Positions 8,579-17,153 of a stretch of DNA of 64,000 nucleotides are shown piece by piece. A program made the position numbers and the translations under genes. This DNA comes from Acidimicrobiales bacterium (lineage in GTDB: Bacteria > Actinomycetota > Acidimicrobiia > Acidimicrobiales > VFJN01), in contig DASXTK010000310.1 in the NCBI GenBank assembly GCA_036505485.1, positions 4,999-68,998 on the forward strand, given 5' to 3'. The stretch's first letter is position 1. Every line of letters starts with the position of its first letter. The notes beneath the pieces were generated by a model. That model saw only the letters and a list, made by a program, of their open reading frames with translations. It was not told the DNA's origin and did no database searches.

Positions 8579-9313
8579 GTGGATCGGCCCCCTCTTTCGC
8601 CGACCGATTTCGCCTCGGTGGTCACAGCCATCACGTCGGCGTTCGGCGACCCCACCCGGCGGGCCATCTATCTCTACGTGCATGAGCACGCCGACGGTGC
8701 CACCGCCTCGGCGGTGGCTGAGCGCTTCGACCTCCATCCTAATGTGGCCCGCCATCACCTCGACAAGCTGGTGGCCGGCGGGTACGTCGTGGTGCTGCCA
8801 CCGAACCGGCCGTTGCAGGGCCAGGGCGCCGGTCGTCCGTCCAAGCACTACAAGGTGGTGGCCCCGGAGATCGCGCTGGACCTGCCGCTGCGCCACGACG
8901 ACGTCCTCACCTCGTTGCTGGGCCGGGCGCTGGCCGAGCTGGGGCCGGAACGGTCCGAGGCGCTGGCCGAGGATGTGGGCGTGGCCTACGGGCGGACCAT
9001 GGCCACCTCGATGTATCCGGGGTCCGAGGGTCACCGCTCGTTCCAGGTGGCGCTGCACGCGGTGGCCGAGGCTCTCACCGCTCACGGCTTCGCGGCACAC
9101 GCCGAGCGGATCGACGAAAAGCTGCAGATCGTCAACGAGAACTGCCCGTTCGGTGGTGTTGTGATCGACAACCCAGTGATCTGCGCGGTCGACCGGGGCA
9201 TGGTTCGGGGCATGCTCGAGACCCTGTACGGGCAGGAAATGGTGACCGAGACGGCGCTGTCCCTGCCCACGGGGGCCGACCGCTGCGTCACGACGGCGGT
9301 GCAGGGAAGCTGA
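8579..9313 (+). CDS. Winged-helix (ArsR/SufR-like) regulator with a C-terminal Cys motif
   Basis: FGDPTRRAIYLYV...VARHHLDKLVAGGYV. The C-terminus has NCPF-X..-ICAV (C-X12-C) plus a third Cys. Precedes the cysteine desulfurase. Confidence 0.7.
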   Translation: MDRPPLSPTDFASVVTAITSAFGDPTRRAIYLYVHEHADGATASAVAERFDLHPNVARHHLDKLVAGGYVVVLPPNRPLQGQGAGRPSKHYKVVAPEIALDLPLRHDDVLTSLLGRALAELGPERSEALAEDVGVAYGRTMATSMYPGSEGHRSFQVALHAVAEALTAHGFAAHAERIDEKLQIVNENCPFGGVVIDNPVICAVDRGMVRGMLETLYGQEMVTETALSLPTGADRCVTTAVQGS

Positions 9314-9354
9314 CCACCGGTCGGGTCTATCTCGATCACGCCTCCACGTCTCCG

Positions 9355-10473
9355 TTGCGGCCCGAGGCCCGGGAGGCCCTGGTGGCGTGGCTCGATCCTG
9401 GAAAGGCCGGGGATCCCAGCCGCATCCATCAGGACGGCTTGGAGGCGCGGCACGCGATCGAGGTTGCTCGGGACCAGGTGGCTGGGCTGCTCGGGGCCCG
9501 CAACCGCGAGGTGTGCTTCACCAGCGGCGCCACCGAGGCCATCGTGGCCGCCTGCTGGGGCGCGGCCGAACGTGGCCGCCACCAGGTGGTCCCGGCGATC
9601 GAGCACTCGGCGGTACGGATGGCTGCCGAACGCCACGGCGACGTGAGCCTGGTGGCTCCCGACCGGCTCGGACGGATGGACCCGGACGCGGTGTTGGCCG
9701 CGGTCCGGCCCGACACCGCTGTGGTCCACCTGCAGTGGGGCAACCACGAGGTCGGCACGACCCAGCCGGTGGCCGAGGTGGCGGCAGAGTGCCGGGATCG
9801 GGGCGTGCTCGTCCACATCGACGCGGCCCAGGCTGCCGGACGGGTTCCCATCGACTTCGCCGGGCTCGGCGCCGACCTGCTGTCCATCAGCGCCCACAAG
9901 CTGGGCGGACCGGCCGGTGTCGGTGCCCTGCTGATCCGCCGGGGCCTGCGGCTGCGGCCGCTCCTGGTGGGTGGCGATCAGGAGCGGGCCCGCCGCGCCG
10001 GCTACGAGAACGTCCCCGGTCTGGTCGGTCTCGGCGCCGCCTGTGCGGCTTTGTCCGACCCGGATCGGCTGGAGGCCGAGGCTGCGACCCAGCGCCGGCT
10101 CAGCCAGCGGATCATCGACGCTGTCGCCGGCACGGACGGGCTGCAGCAGTACGGCGACCCTGAGCACCGGTTGCCGCACATCGTCTGTCTGGGGGTGGCC
10201 GGCATCGAACCCCAGGCTGTGCTCTTGGGGTTGGACCGGGCCGGAATCAGCGCCCACTCGGGGAGCGCCTGCTCGTCCGAGGCCCTGGAGCCGTCGCCGG
10301 TGCTGGAGGCCATGGGCGTCGACGCCCACCACAGCCTCCGCCTCTCCACCGGCTGGTCCTCCACCGACACCGACATCGACCGCTTCCTCGACGCCCTCCC
10401 CAAGGTCCTCATCGACCTCCGCGCCCTGACTGTGGGGTCAAGGAATGTCGATGGCATAGTGCCGGGGCCGTGA
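9355..10473 (+). CDS. Cysteine desulfurase (class V aminotransferase, NifS/IscS-like)
   Basis: PLP-Lys motif SISAHKLGGPAGVGAL. The in-frame family motif VYLDHASTSP lies upstream of the ORF-track TTG start, so the true start is probably near 9310. Confidence 0.85.
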   Translation: MRPEAREALVAWLDPGKAGDPSRIHQDGLEARHAIEVARDQVAGLLGARNREVCFTSGATEAIVAACWGAAERGRHQVVPAIEHSAVRMAAERHGDVSLVAPDRLGRMDPDAVLAAVRPDTAVVHLQWGNHEVGTTQPVAEVAAECRDRGVLVHIDAAQAAGRVPIDFAGLGADLLSISAHKLGGPAGVGALLIRRGLRLRPLLVGGDQERARRAGYENVPGLVGLGAACAALSDPDRLEAEAATQRRLSQRIIDAVAGTDGLQQYGDPEHRLPHIVCLGVAGIEPQAVLLGLDRAGISAHSGSACSSEALEPSPVLEAMGVDAHHSLRLSTGWSSTDTDIDRFLDALPKVLIDLRALTVGSRNVDGIVPGP

Positions 10474-10937
10474 AGTTGTACGTCGTCCGTCACGCCGCCG
10501 CCGGGAGTCGGAGCGCCTGGACCGGCGACGACCGGCTGCGTCCGCTGAGCAAGAAGGGCCGCCGTCAGGCCGCCGAGCTGGCGGAGCTCCTCGCCGATGC
10601 CGGGCTCGAGCGGCTCGTGTCCAGCTCGTACGTCCGCTGCATCCAGACCCTGGAGCCCCTGGCCGAACGGACCGGGTCGGAGGTCGAGATCGACGACCGG
10701 TTGGCCGAGGGCAGCGACGGGGCGGCGGCGTTGCAGCTGGCCGAGGAACTGCGGGATGCGGGCGTGCGAGCCGCGGCGCTGTGCAGCCACGGCGATGTGG
10801 TCCCGGAGCTTCTGTCGCTGCTCAAGGTGACCGGCACGGCGTTCCACCAGCCGCTGGTGTGGCCCAAGGGCTCGGTGTGGGCTCTGAACAGCAACGGCAC
10901 CCACTGGACCGACGCCGAGCTACTGACCCGCGCCTGA
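10470..10937 (+). CDS. Histidine phosphatase superfamily protein (SixA-like)
   Basis: LYVVRHAAAG...RPLSKKGRRQA...CSHGDV. GTGA overlap with the desulfurase stop. Confidence 0.75.
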   Translation: MKLYVVRHAAAGSRSAWTGDDRLRPLSKKGRRQAAELAELLADAGLERLVSSSYVRCIQTLEPLAERTGSEVEIDDRLAEGSDGAAALQLAEELRDAGVRAAALCSHGDVVPELLSLLKVTGTAFHQPLVWPKGSVWALNSNGTHWTDAELLTRA

Positions 10938-10950
10938 CGAAACGAAGGCC

Positions 10951-11044
10951 GAGGCAATGCTGCCCACCCGAGCGAGGCTGAGGCGATGGTGGCCATATAC
11001 GGCCACTATCGCCTCAGCCGCTCGATCATGGGCACCATTGCCTC
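10951..11044. repeat. Extended (~94 nt) imperfect palindrome between convergent genes
   Basis: gaggcaatgctgccca...ctgaggcgatggtggcc-atatac-ggccactatcgcctcag...tgggcaccattgcctc. The core arms share ctgaggcg/cgcctcag with family A. Confidence 0.75.
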
Positions 11045-11094
11045 GCCACATCGCCCCTCGGCCCGACCTTCCCTACGTGCCTCGTTGGTCGTTC

Positions 11095-11868
11095 CTAGCC
11101 GCCGGCTGTCGTTGGGGTCGCCTCGATCTGGGTGCGGAGTTGCTCGGCGGCTTGGGCCAGTTCGGCCGGGGGGCCGAGCTCGTCCAGGCGGTCGAGGGAC
11201 TCCAGGGCCACGTCGGGGCGGCCCAGCCGGTTGAAGGCCACGGCGATGAAGAAGTGGACGTCGGGGTACTCGGGATCGGTCTCCGCGGCGTGGATCATGG
11301 TGGTCAGCCCACTGCCGTCTCCGTTCTGGAACTGCAGCCAGCCCTTGAACGTAAGCGCCAGCACGTTGTCGGGCTCGTCGGCCAGGACGTCGTCATAGAT
11401 GGCGATGGCGTCGTCCAGCCGTCCGGCCTGGGTGAGCGAGGCGGCTTCGTCGAACCACTCCGGCATGTCGGTCTGGCCCGCGCTGGAACCGGCGTTCTCC
11501 GATTGCCGGATGGCGCCGGTCACGGTGTCCCCCTCGCCCCGCCGTCCCAGCCCGAGGGCCAGCACCAGCCCGGTGGCCACAGCGAACAGGCCGATACCGC
11601 CGGCGATCGCCAGGCGGCGCCATTCCGGCTTGGCCGATGAGCCCGACGACGGTGCCACCCGGGCCTCGTGGGACTCGATGGCCCGCAGGACCTTGGCGGC
11701 CCGGGCGGTGTAGTCGTCGCGCAGCTCGGCGTAGTCGTGCTCATCGACGTCGCCAGCGGCGTGTTCTCGCTCCAGGTCGTCAAGCGACGCCAGCAGGAAG
11801 TCGCGCTGGTCCTCCAGGGCGGCCAGCTCGTCGGGTCCGAGCGGACGGACGTCGGAGCGGGTGCTCAC
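11095..11868 (-). CDS. ccmI: CcmI/CycH-like TM + TPR protein (last gene of the ccm operon)
   Basis: One TM helix (WRRLAIAGGIGLFAVATGLVLALGL) and a TPR-like C-terminus (AGRLDDAIAIYDDVLADEPDNVLALTFKGW). GTGA overlap with ccmH. Confidence 0.55.
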   Translation of the reverse strand: MSTRSDVRPLGPDELAALEDQRDFLLASLDDLEREHAAGDVDEHDYAELRDDYTARAAKVLRAIESHEARVAPSSGSSAKPEWRRLAIAGGIGLFAVATGLVLALGLGRRGEGDTVTGAIRQSENAGSSAGQTDMPEWFDEAASLTQAGRLDDAIAIYDDVLADEPDNVLALTFKGWLQFQNGDGSGLTTMIHAAETDPEYPDVHFFIAVAFNRLGRPDVALESLDRLDELGPPAELAQAAEQLRTQIEATPTTAGG

Positions 11869-12350
11869 GACGGTCCGGTCGACGCGGTGTGCAGCTCGTC
11901 CAGGGCCTGCTCGACCAGCTCCCGGTCGGCGTCGCTGGCGTGCGCCCCGCCCTGGCCCTTCCAGCGCCGGAACACCAGGAACAGGCCGGTCACGGCGATC
12001 ACGAACCCGGCGATCGGCAGCGCCCAGACCAACCCCTCCAGCCCCGAGCGCTCGGGGGTGAGCAGGATCCGGTCGCCGTAGCTGCCGGCCAGCTCGTCCC
12101 GGATCTCCTCGTCGGTGAAACCCTCGGAGATGCGCTGGTCGATGGTGGCTCGGATGCCCCGGGCCGCGCTGGAGTTGGAGTCGGCCACCGACTGACCGGC
12201 GCAGGTCGGGCACATGACCGACTCCGACACCCGCTGGGCCCGAGCCTCGGGGGAGACCGGACCGCCACGGTCGAGCAGGCCCACCGCGACCAGTCCGACT
12301 ACCACGGCCACCATGACCACCCAGCCCAGACGACGTGCTCCCGGCTTCAC
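11865..12350 (-). CDS. ccmH: Cytochrome c-type biogenesis protein CcmH
   Basis: MCPTCAGQSVADSNSSAARGIR (CXXC motif) plus a C-terminal TM helix. GTGA overlap with ccmG. Confidence 0.8.
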   Translation of the reverse strand: MKPGARRLGWVVMVAVVVGLVAVGLLDRGGPVSPEARAQRVSESVMCPTCAGQSVADSNSSAARGIRATIDQRISEGFTDEEIRDELAGSYGDRILLTPERSGLEGLVWALPIAGFVIAVTGLFLVFRRWKGQGGAHASDADRELVEQALDELHTASTGPS

Positions 12351-12970
12351 GGCTGCTGGGCCTCGCGCTCGGCCTCGCGGATCGACTCCTCGATCCCAGC
12401 CTTGGTCACTCCGCCGATGAGCTTGTCCCGCACCACACCCTGAGGGTCGATCACGTAGGTCTCGGGGACCTGGGGCACGCCGTAGGCGGTTGCGATCAGA
12501 CCTTGGCCGTCGAGGACCACAGGCCACCCGCCGCCGTTCCGGTCGAAGAACTCACGAGCGACGTCGGGGTCGTTCTCGTAGAGCACGCTGACCAGCACCG
12601 CGTCACCGGTCTGGCTGTGTTCGTTGTTGAACGCCTCGAGCTGGGGATGCTCCTCGCGGCACGGCAGGCACCAGGTGGCGAAGAAGTTGACCACCACCCA
12701 CTGGCCCCGGTGGTCGCCGACATCGAAGCTGCCGCCGTCCAGCGTCTCTCCGGCCAGCGGCTTGGCCGGCTTGCCGATCAAAGGTGAGGTGCCCTGGCGG
12801 TCGGTGGCCGGGTCGCGGGTGGCCAGCACCACCACGAAGGCCGCAGCCACGAGACCCACGACCAGCGAGATGGCCAGCGCGGTGTGGCGCCGGGTCGGGA
12901 GCTCTACGTCGTCGGCGTCGGGCGCCTCGTCGGCGGCGTCCACCTCTTCGACCTCGTCCACGTCGGCCAT
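12347..12970 (-). CDS. ccmG: Thiol:disulfide oxidoreductase CcmG/DsbE
   Basis: FFATWCLPCREEHPQL thioredoxin motif and an N-terminal TM helix. ATGA overlap with ccmF. Confidence 0.85.
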   Translation of the reverse strand: MADVDEVEEVDAADEAPDADDVELPTRRHTALAISLVVGLVAAAFVVVLATRDPATDRQGTSPLIGKPAKPLAGETLDGGSFDVGDHRGQWVVVNFFATWCLPCREEHPQLEAFNNEHSQTGDAVLVSVLYENDPDVAREFFDRNGGGWPVVLDGQGLIATAYGVPQVPETYVIDPQGVVRDKLIGGVTKAGIEESIREAEREAQQP

Positions 12971-14991
12971 CAGACCCCCACCTCGACCTTGTCGCCGGCA
13001 TCACCAGCATCCCCGGCGTCATCGGACGCGGGCTTCGACTCGGGCTCGGTGACCCGGAGCGGCTCGGACACCGGCCGCAATGGATCACGCCGCCGCCCCG
13101 GGAACGCCGCCAGCAGGGTGCCGAACGCCATGACCCCTCCGCCGATCCACAGCCAGGCGATCAGCGGCTGGACGATCACCCGCAGGACCACCGGGTCGCC
13201 GGGCTTGGTCCCGTCGGGGGTCCGCAACAGCGCCACGAACACGTCGCGGATCGGTCCGGTGCGGATGGCCGGCGTGCCGATCTCCTGGCCCCCGCCGCTG
13301 AACTCGGACAGCGCCGGCTCGACCAGGTGACCGTCGACCACGACCTGGGCTCGGGTGGAGGACTTGTTGGACTCCTGCACCTCACGCATGCCTTGGAAGG
13401 TGACCTCGTGACCCGCGACCACCCGGGTGTCGCCCTCGACCATGGTCATCTCGCGGTCGATGTCGTAGCTCTTGGACGCAGCCAGGGCCACCGCGATCAT
13501 CACCACGCCCAGGTGGACGATCATGCCGCCGTTGGTGCGCCCGACCAGTCCCCGCCAGCCTTGGCGCCGGGTGGCCAGGATGACCTGACGCAACGCGGCA
13601 CCGGCGGCGAACCCGCCCAGTCCGAAGGCCACCACCGGGGCCAGTCCTCGGGCGCCCAAGACGACGGCTAGCGCCATGGCCCCGACGCCGGCCCAGCCGG
13701 GCCAGAACAGCCGCTGGGACAGCAGCTCGGTCGACGCCTTGCGCCACGGCAGCACCGGCGCCACCGCCATCAGGAACAGCAGGGCCAGGCCGATGGGCAG
13801 GGTCATGCGGTCGAAGTACGGCGGCCCGACCGAGAGACGCTTGTCGTTGATGGCCTCGACGATCAGCGGGAAGACCGTTCCGACGAGGACCACGAAGGCG
13901 AACCCGGCGAACAGCACGTTGTTGGCCAGGAACGCGCCCTCACGGGACGCGGGCGAGTCGATGCGGCCGGGGGCCCGAAGCTTGTCGCCCCGCCAACCGA
14001 TCAGACCCAGCGTGACCACCACGGTGAGGCCGAAGAAGCTCAGCAGCCAGGGTCCGATGGTGCTCTGGGTGAAGGCATGGACCGAATCGAGGGTGCCGGA
14101 CCGGGTCAGGAACGTGCCCAGGATGGTGAGGCTGAAGGTGGCACAGAGCAGCGACAGGTTCCAGACCCGCAGCATCCCCCGCCGTTCCTGCACCATCACC
14201 GAGTGCAGGTAAGCGGTTCCGGTCAGCCACGGCAGCAGCGAGGCGTTCTCCACCGGATCCCAGGCCCAGTAGCCACCCCACCCCAGCACCGCGTAGCTCC
14301 ACCAGGCGCCGAGGACGATCCCGATGGTGAGACAGCCCCAGGCGATCAGGGTCCAGCGCCGGGTCTCCAACAGCCAGCCCTCGCCCAGGCGCCCGGTGAC
14401 CAGCGCAGCCACGGCGAAGGCGAAGGGCACGGTGAACCCCACGTAGCCTAGGTAGAGCACCGGCGGATGGATCGCCATCAGCCAGTGGTTCTGCAGCAGC
14501 GGGTTGGGGCCGGTTCCGTCGAAGCCGGCCGGCGGGCTGAACGAGTGGAACGGGTTGGCCGGGAACAGCAACAGGGCGAAGAAGAAGGTGCAGACCCCGA
14601 GCATGGTCAGCATGGCCCAGCCGACCAGGGGGTCGGACAGGCGATGGCGGAACCGCCAGGCCACCAGCGTGGTGTAGCCGGCCAGCACCAGCACCCACAG
14701 CAGGATCGAGCCCTCCAACGCCGACCACAGGGCGGCGAAGTTGTAGAGCCGCGGGGTCTTGCTGGAGCCGACCTCGGCCACGTAGCGGACCGTGTAGTCC
14801 CGGGTGATCAGGGCCCGCTCCATGGCGGCGAAGGCGATGCCGGCGCCGAGCAGCGTCATCCACGCATAAGTGCGGCCCACCGCCAGCAGGTTGGGGCGGT
14901 TGCGCCGCAGACCGATGGCCAGGGTCAGCACCCCGCCGATCGAGGCTGCGAATCCCAGCACGATGCCGCCGGTGCCCAGCGAGGCGTTCAC
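12970..14991 (-). CDS. ccmF: Cytochrome c heme lyase subunit CcmF
   Basis: WWD motif GWGGYWAWDPVENASLLPWL in a polytopic membrane protein. The GTG14991 start gives a GTGA overlap with ccmE. Confidence 0.9.
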   Translation of the reverse strand: MNASLGTGGIVLGFAASIGGVLTLAIGLRRNRPNLLAVGRTYAWMTLLGAGIAFAAMERALITRDYTVRYVAEVGSSKTPRLYNFAALWSALEGSILLWVLVLAGYTTLVAWRFRHRLSDPLVGWAMLTMLGVCTFFFALLLFPANPFHSFSPPAGFDGTGPNPLLQNHWLMAIHPPVLYLGYVGFTVPFAFAVAALVTGRLGEGWLLETRRWTLIAWGCLTIGIVLGAWWSYAVLGWGGYWAWDPVENASLLPWLTGTAYLHSVMVQERRGMLRVWNLSLLCATFSLTILGTFLTRSGTLDSVHAFTQSTIGPWLLSFFGLTVVVTLGLIGWRGDKLRAPGRIDSPASREGAFLANNVLFAGFAFVVLVGTVFPLIVEAINDKRLSVGPPYFDRMTLPIGLALLFLMAVAPVLPWRKASTELLSQRLFWPGWAGVGAMALAVVLGARGLAPVVAFGLGGFAAGAALRQVILATRRQGWRGLVGRTNGGMIVHLGVVMIAVALAASKSYDIDREMTMVEGDTRVVAGHEVTFQGMREVQESNKSSTRAQVVVDGHLVEPALSEFSGGGQEIGTPAIRTGPIRDVFVALLRTPDGTKPGDPVVLRVIVQPLIAWLWIGGGVMAFGTLLAAFPGRRRDPLRPVSEPLRVTEPESKPASDDAGDAGDAGDKVEVGV

Positions 14992-15545
14992 GGGTTCGAG
15001 CTCCCGCCTTCGCTGTTGCTGTCCGAGCCTTTGTCGGCGTTGGACATCCGCTGGTCGTAGTCGTCGCGGGCCTTGTACTCCGAGGAGTGCTTGATCAGCA
15101 TGTGGTCGCTGTCGAAGAACTCGCCCGAGGCGTCCCAATGGCCTTCGAGCACCACCGGGATGCCCGGCTCGAACATGTCCTGCGCGTCGCCGGAGTGGTG
15201 GACCGGAACGGTCACGCCGTTGTAGGTGACATCGAAGTTCACCCCGTCGTCGGTTCGGACCGCACCGTCGACCACCTCACCCTGGAGCCGGAAGCGCTTG
15301 TCGCCCAGGTCGGCCTTCTGGGCCACCGCCTCGTCGGCGTTGAGGAAGTACAAGGTGGCGTCGGTCAGCCCCTTGACCACCAGCCAGCCCATGGCCACCA
15401 GCGCGATCCCCACCACCGCCAGCGGCAGCCAGCGGCGACGACTCGGATCCCGGGGCCGGGGCGCCGGCGCCAGGTCGATGTCGTCATCGCTGGGGACCTG
15501 GTCCGGGTCGTCGACGACGGTGCGGGTGCGGGGGGTCAGCTCCAC
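14988..15545 (-). CDS. ccmE: Heme chaperone CcmE
   Basis: FRLQGEVV...VPVHHSG..PGIPVVLEGHW...MLIKHSSEY (heme-binding His-x3-Tyr region). N-terminal TM helix. Confidence 0.85.
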   Translation of the reverse strand: MELTPRTRTVVDDPDQVPSDDDIDLAPAPRPRDPSRRRWLPLAVVGIALVAMGWLVVKGLTDATLYFLNADEAVAQKADLGDKRFRLQGEVVDGAVRTDDGVNFDVTYNGVTVPVHHSGDAQDMFEPGIPVVLEGHWDASGEFFDSDHMLIKHSSEYKARDDYDQRMSNADKGSDSNSEGGSSNP

Positions 15546-15691
15546 CGGCGGTCTCCCGGGGGGACCCGGCGTGACAGCTTGCGGCCCCGACGCAGCGTGG
15601 CGAAGGCGTACACCCCCACCAACCCGATGGCCCCCAGCCACCCGGTGGCGACATAGCCGGGGTAGTCCATTGCGAGGAGCATGCTGGTCAT
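15536..15691 (-). CDS. ccmD: Small heme exporter protein CcmD
   Basis: 51 aa, single TM helix, MTSMLLAMDYPGYVATGWLGAIGLVGVYAFATLRRGRKL. ATGA overlap with ccmC. Not listed as a separate ORF in the track. Confidence 0.6.
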   Translation of the reverse strand: MTSMLLAMDYPGYVATGWLGAIGLVGVYAFATLRRGRKLSRRVPPGDRRWS

Positions 15692-16488
15692 ACCGGCTGG
15701 GCCTCCGTCGTCTTCGTGGTCTGGGGGACGCCGGCTTCGGCCCGGCGGGCCGCTACCGCGGCCTCGAGATCGTGCTGTTCGACCTGCTGCTCCAGCCAGG
15801 CCACCCGGAAGCGGTGGATGAGGAGCCAAGCGAAGACCAGGGCTCCGGCGAGCATCCCCACGGCGAAGGCGGTCAGCATCTCGCCCTCGATCGACGGCTC
15901 GAGCTTCATCAGGGTCGAGGTCTGGTGCAGGGACCGCCACCACTCCACCGAGCGGTTGACGATGATGACGTTGGGCACCAGTAGGAGGCCCATCACGGCG
16001 GCCCGGGCCGACCCGGCCGGCGAGATCTCCACCCGGCGCAGGGCCAGATAGCCCACCAGCATCACCGCCAGCAGGGCGGTCGACGTGAGCCGGGCGTCCC
16101 AGGTCCAGAACGTGCCCCAGGTGACGTTGCCCCACAGCGAACCGGTGACCAGGGTGATGGTCACGAAGACCAGGCCCAGCTCGGCACTGGCCGCAGCCAG
16201 CGCGTCCCAGCCCCGGCTGCGGCGGCGCAGCCACATGCCCGACGCGAAGGCGGTGAGGAAGCAGCCGGTGTAGGCCAGGATCGCCGACGGCACGTGCACG
16301 TAGAAGAGCCGCACCGCATCGCTTTGGTTGACGTCGGGCGGGCTCCACACCAGGCCGTAGAGCGCCCAGAGCACCAGCGTGGCCAGGGCCGCCAGCCCCA
16401 ACACCCGGGTGGCCGGCGAGCCGGTGTGGTCCGGGGCGGTGGTGTCGACGTCGACGTCGGCGTCGAGGTCGGGGGAACGGTCGGTCAC
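15688..16488 (-). CDS. ccmC: Heme exporter protein CcmC
   Basis: WGTFWTWDARLT tryptophan-rich motif. GTG16488 start in a GTGA overlap with ccmB. Confidence 0.85.
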   Translation of the reverse strand: MTDRSPDLDADVDVDTTAPDHTGSPATRVLGLAALATLVLWALYGLVWSPPDVNQSDAVRLFYVHVPSAILAYTGCFLTAFASGMWLRRRSRGWDALAAASAELGLVFVTITLVTGSLWGNVTWGTFWTWDARLTSTALLAVMLVGYLALRRVEISPAGSARAAVMGLLLVPNVIIVNRSVEWWRSLHQTSTLMKLEPSIEGEMLTAFAVGMLAGALVFAWLLIHRFRVAWLEQQVEQHDLEAAVAARRAEAGVPQTTKTTEAQPV

Positions 16489-17153
16489 GAGTCCTCCAGG
16501 AGTGCGCCGTAGGCGAGGGATCCGGCGACGAGGTAGACGACAGCGAATCCGCCGACCAGACCGCACCAGGCCCAGCCTGCGGTGACAGTGGTTCCGAGCG
16601 CCGACTCGAACGCCCGGGTGGCACCGATCAGGACCGGGGCCAGCACCGGTAGGAGGAGCACCGGCAGCAGCGTGTCCCGCGCCCGCAGCCCTCCCACCAG
16701 AGCGCCGTACAAGGTACCGGCGGCAGCGATCGCCACGGTAGCGGCGACCAGGGTGGCCGCCAGCAGACCGAAGCCGCTGAGCTCGGCGTCGTAGAGCACG
16801 GCCACGCCGACGGCCAGCAGGATCTCCAGGGCCAGCAGCTCGGCGGCGACCGCCGCCACCTTGCCGAGGAACACCGCCGGGGGTTCGAGTCCGGACAGGC
16901 GGAGCGCGTCGCGGGTGCCGTCGGCGTCGTCGAGCGCGGCGCTGCGATTGATGGCGAGGACCCCGGCCAGCAGGACCGCCACCCAGTACAGCCCCGGGGT
17001 GGCCTTCTCCAGGATGCCCCGGTCGGGGTCCAGGGCGAAGGCGAACAGCAGCAGGATCAGCACCGCGAACGGAGCGACCTGGTTGGCGGTCACCCGGCTC
17101 CGGAGCTCGATGCGCAGGTCGCGCTCGGCCACGAGGGCGATGTCACGCCACAC
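16485..17153 (-). CDS. ccmB: Heme exporter permease CcmB
   Basis: 222-aa polytopic protein between ccmA and ccmC. RDLRIELRSRVTANQVAPFAVL N-terminus. Confidence 0.8.
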   Translation of the reverse strand: MWRDIALVAERDLRIELRSRVTANQVAPFAVLILLLFAFALDPDRGILEKATPGLYWVAVLLAGVLAINRSAALDDADGTRDALRLSGLEPPAVFLGKVAAVAAELLALEILLAVGVAVLYDAELSGFGLLAATLVAATVAIAAAGTLYGALVGGLRARDTLLPVLLLPVLAPVLIGATRAFESALGTTVTAGWAWCGLVGGFAVVYLVAGSLAYGALLEDS

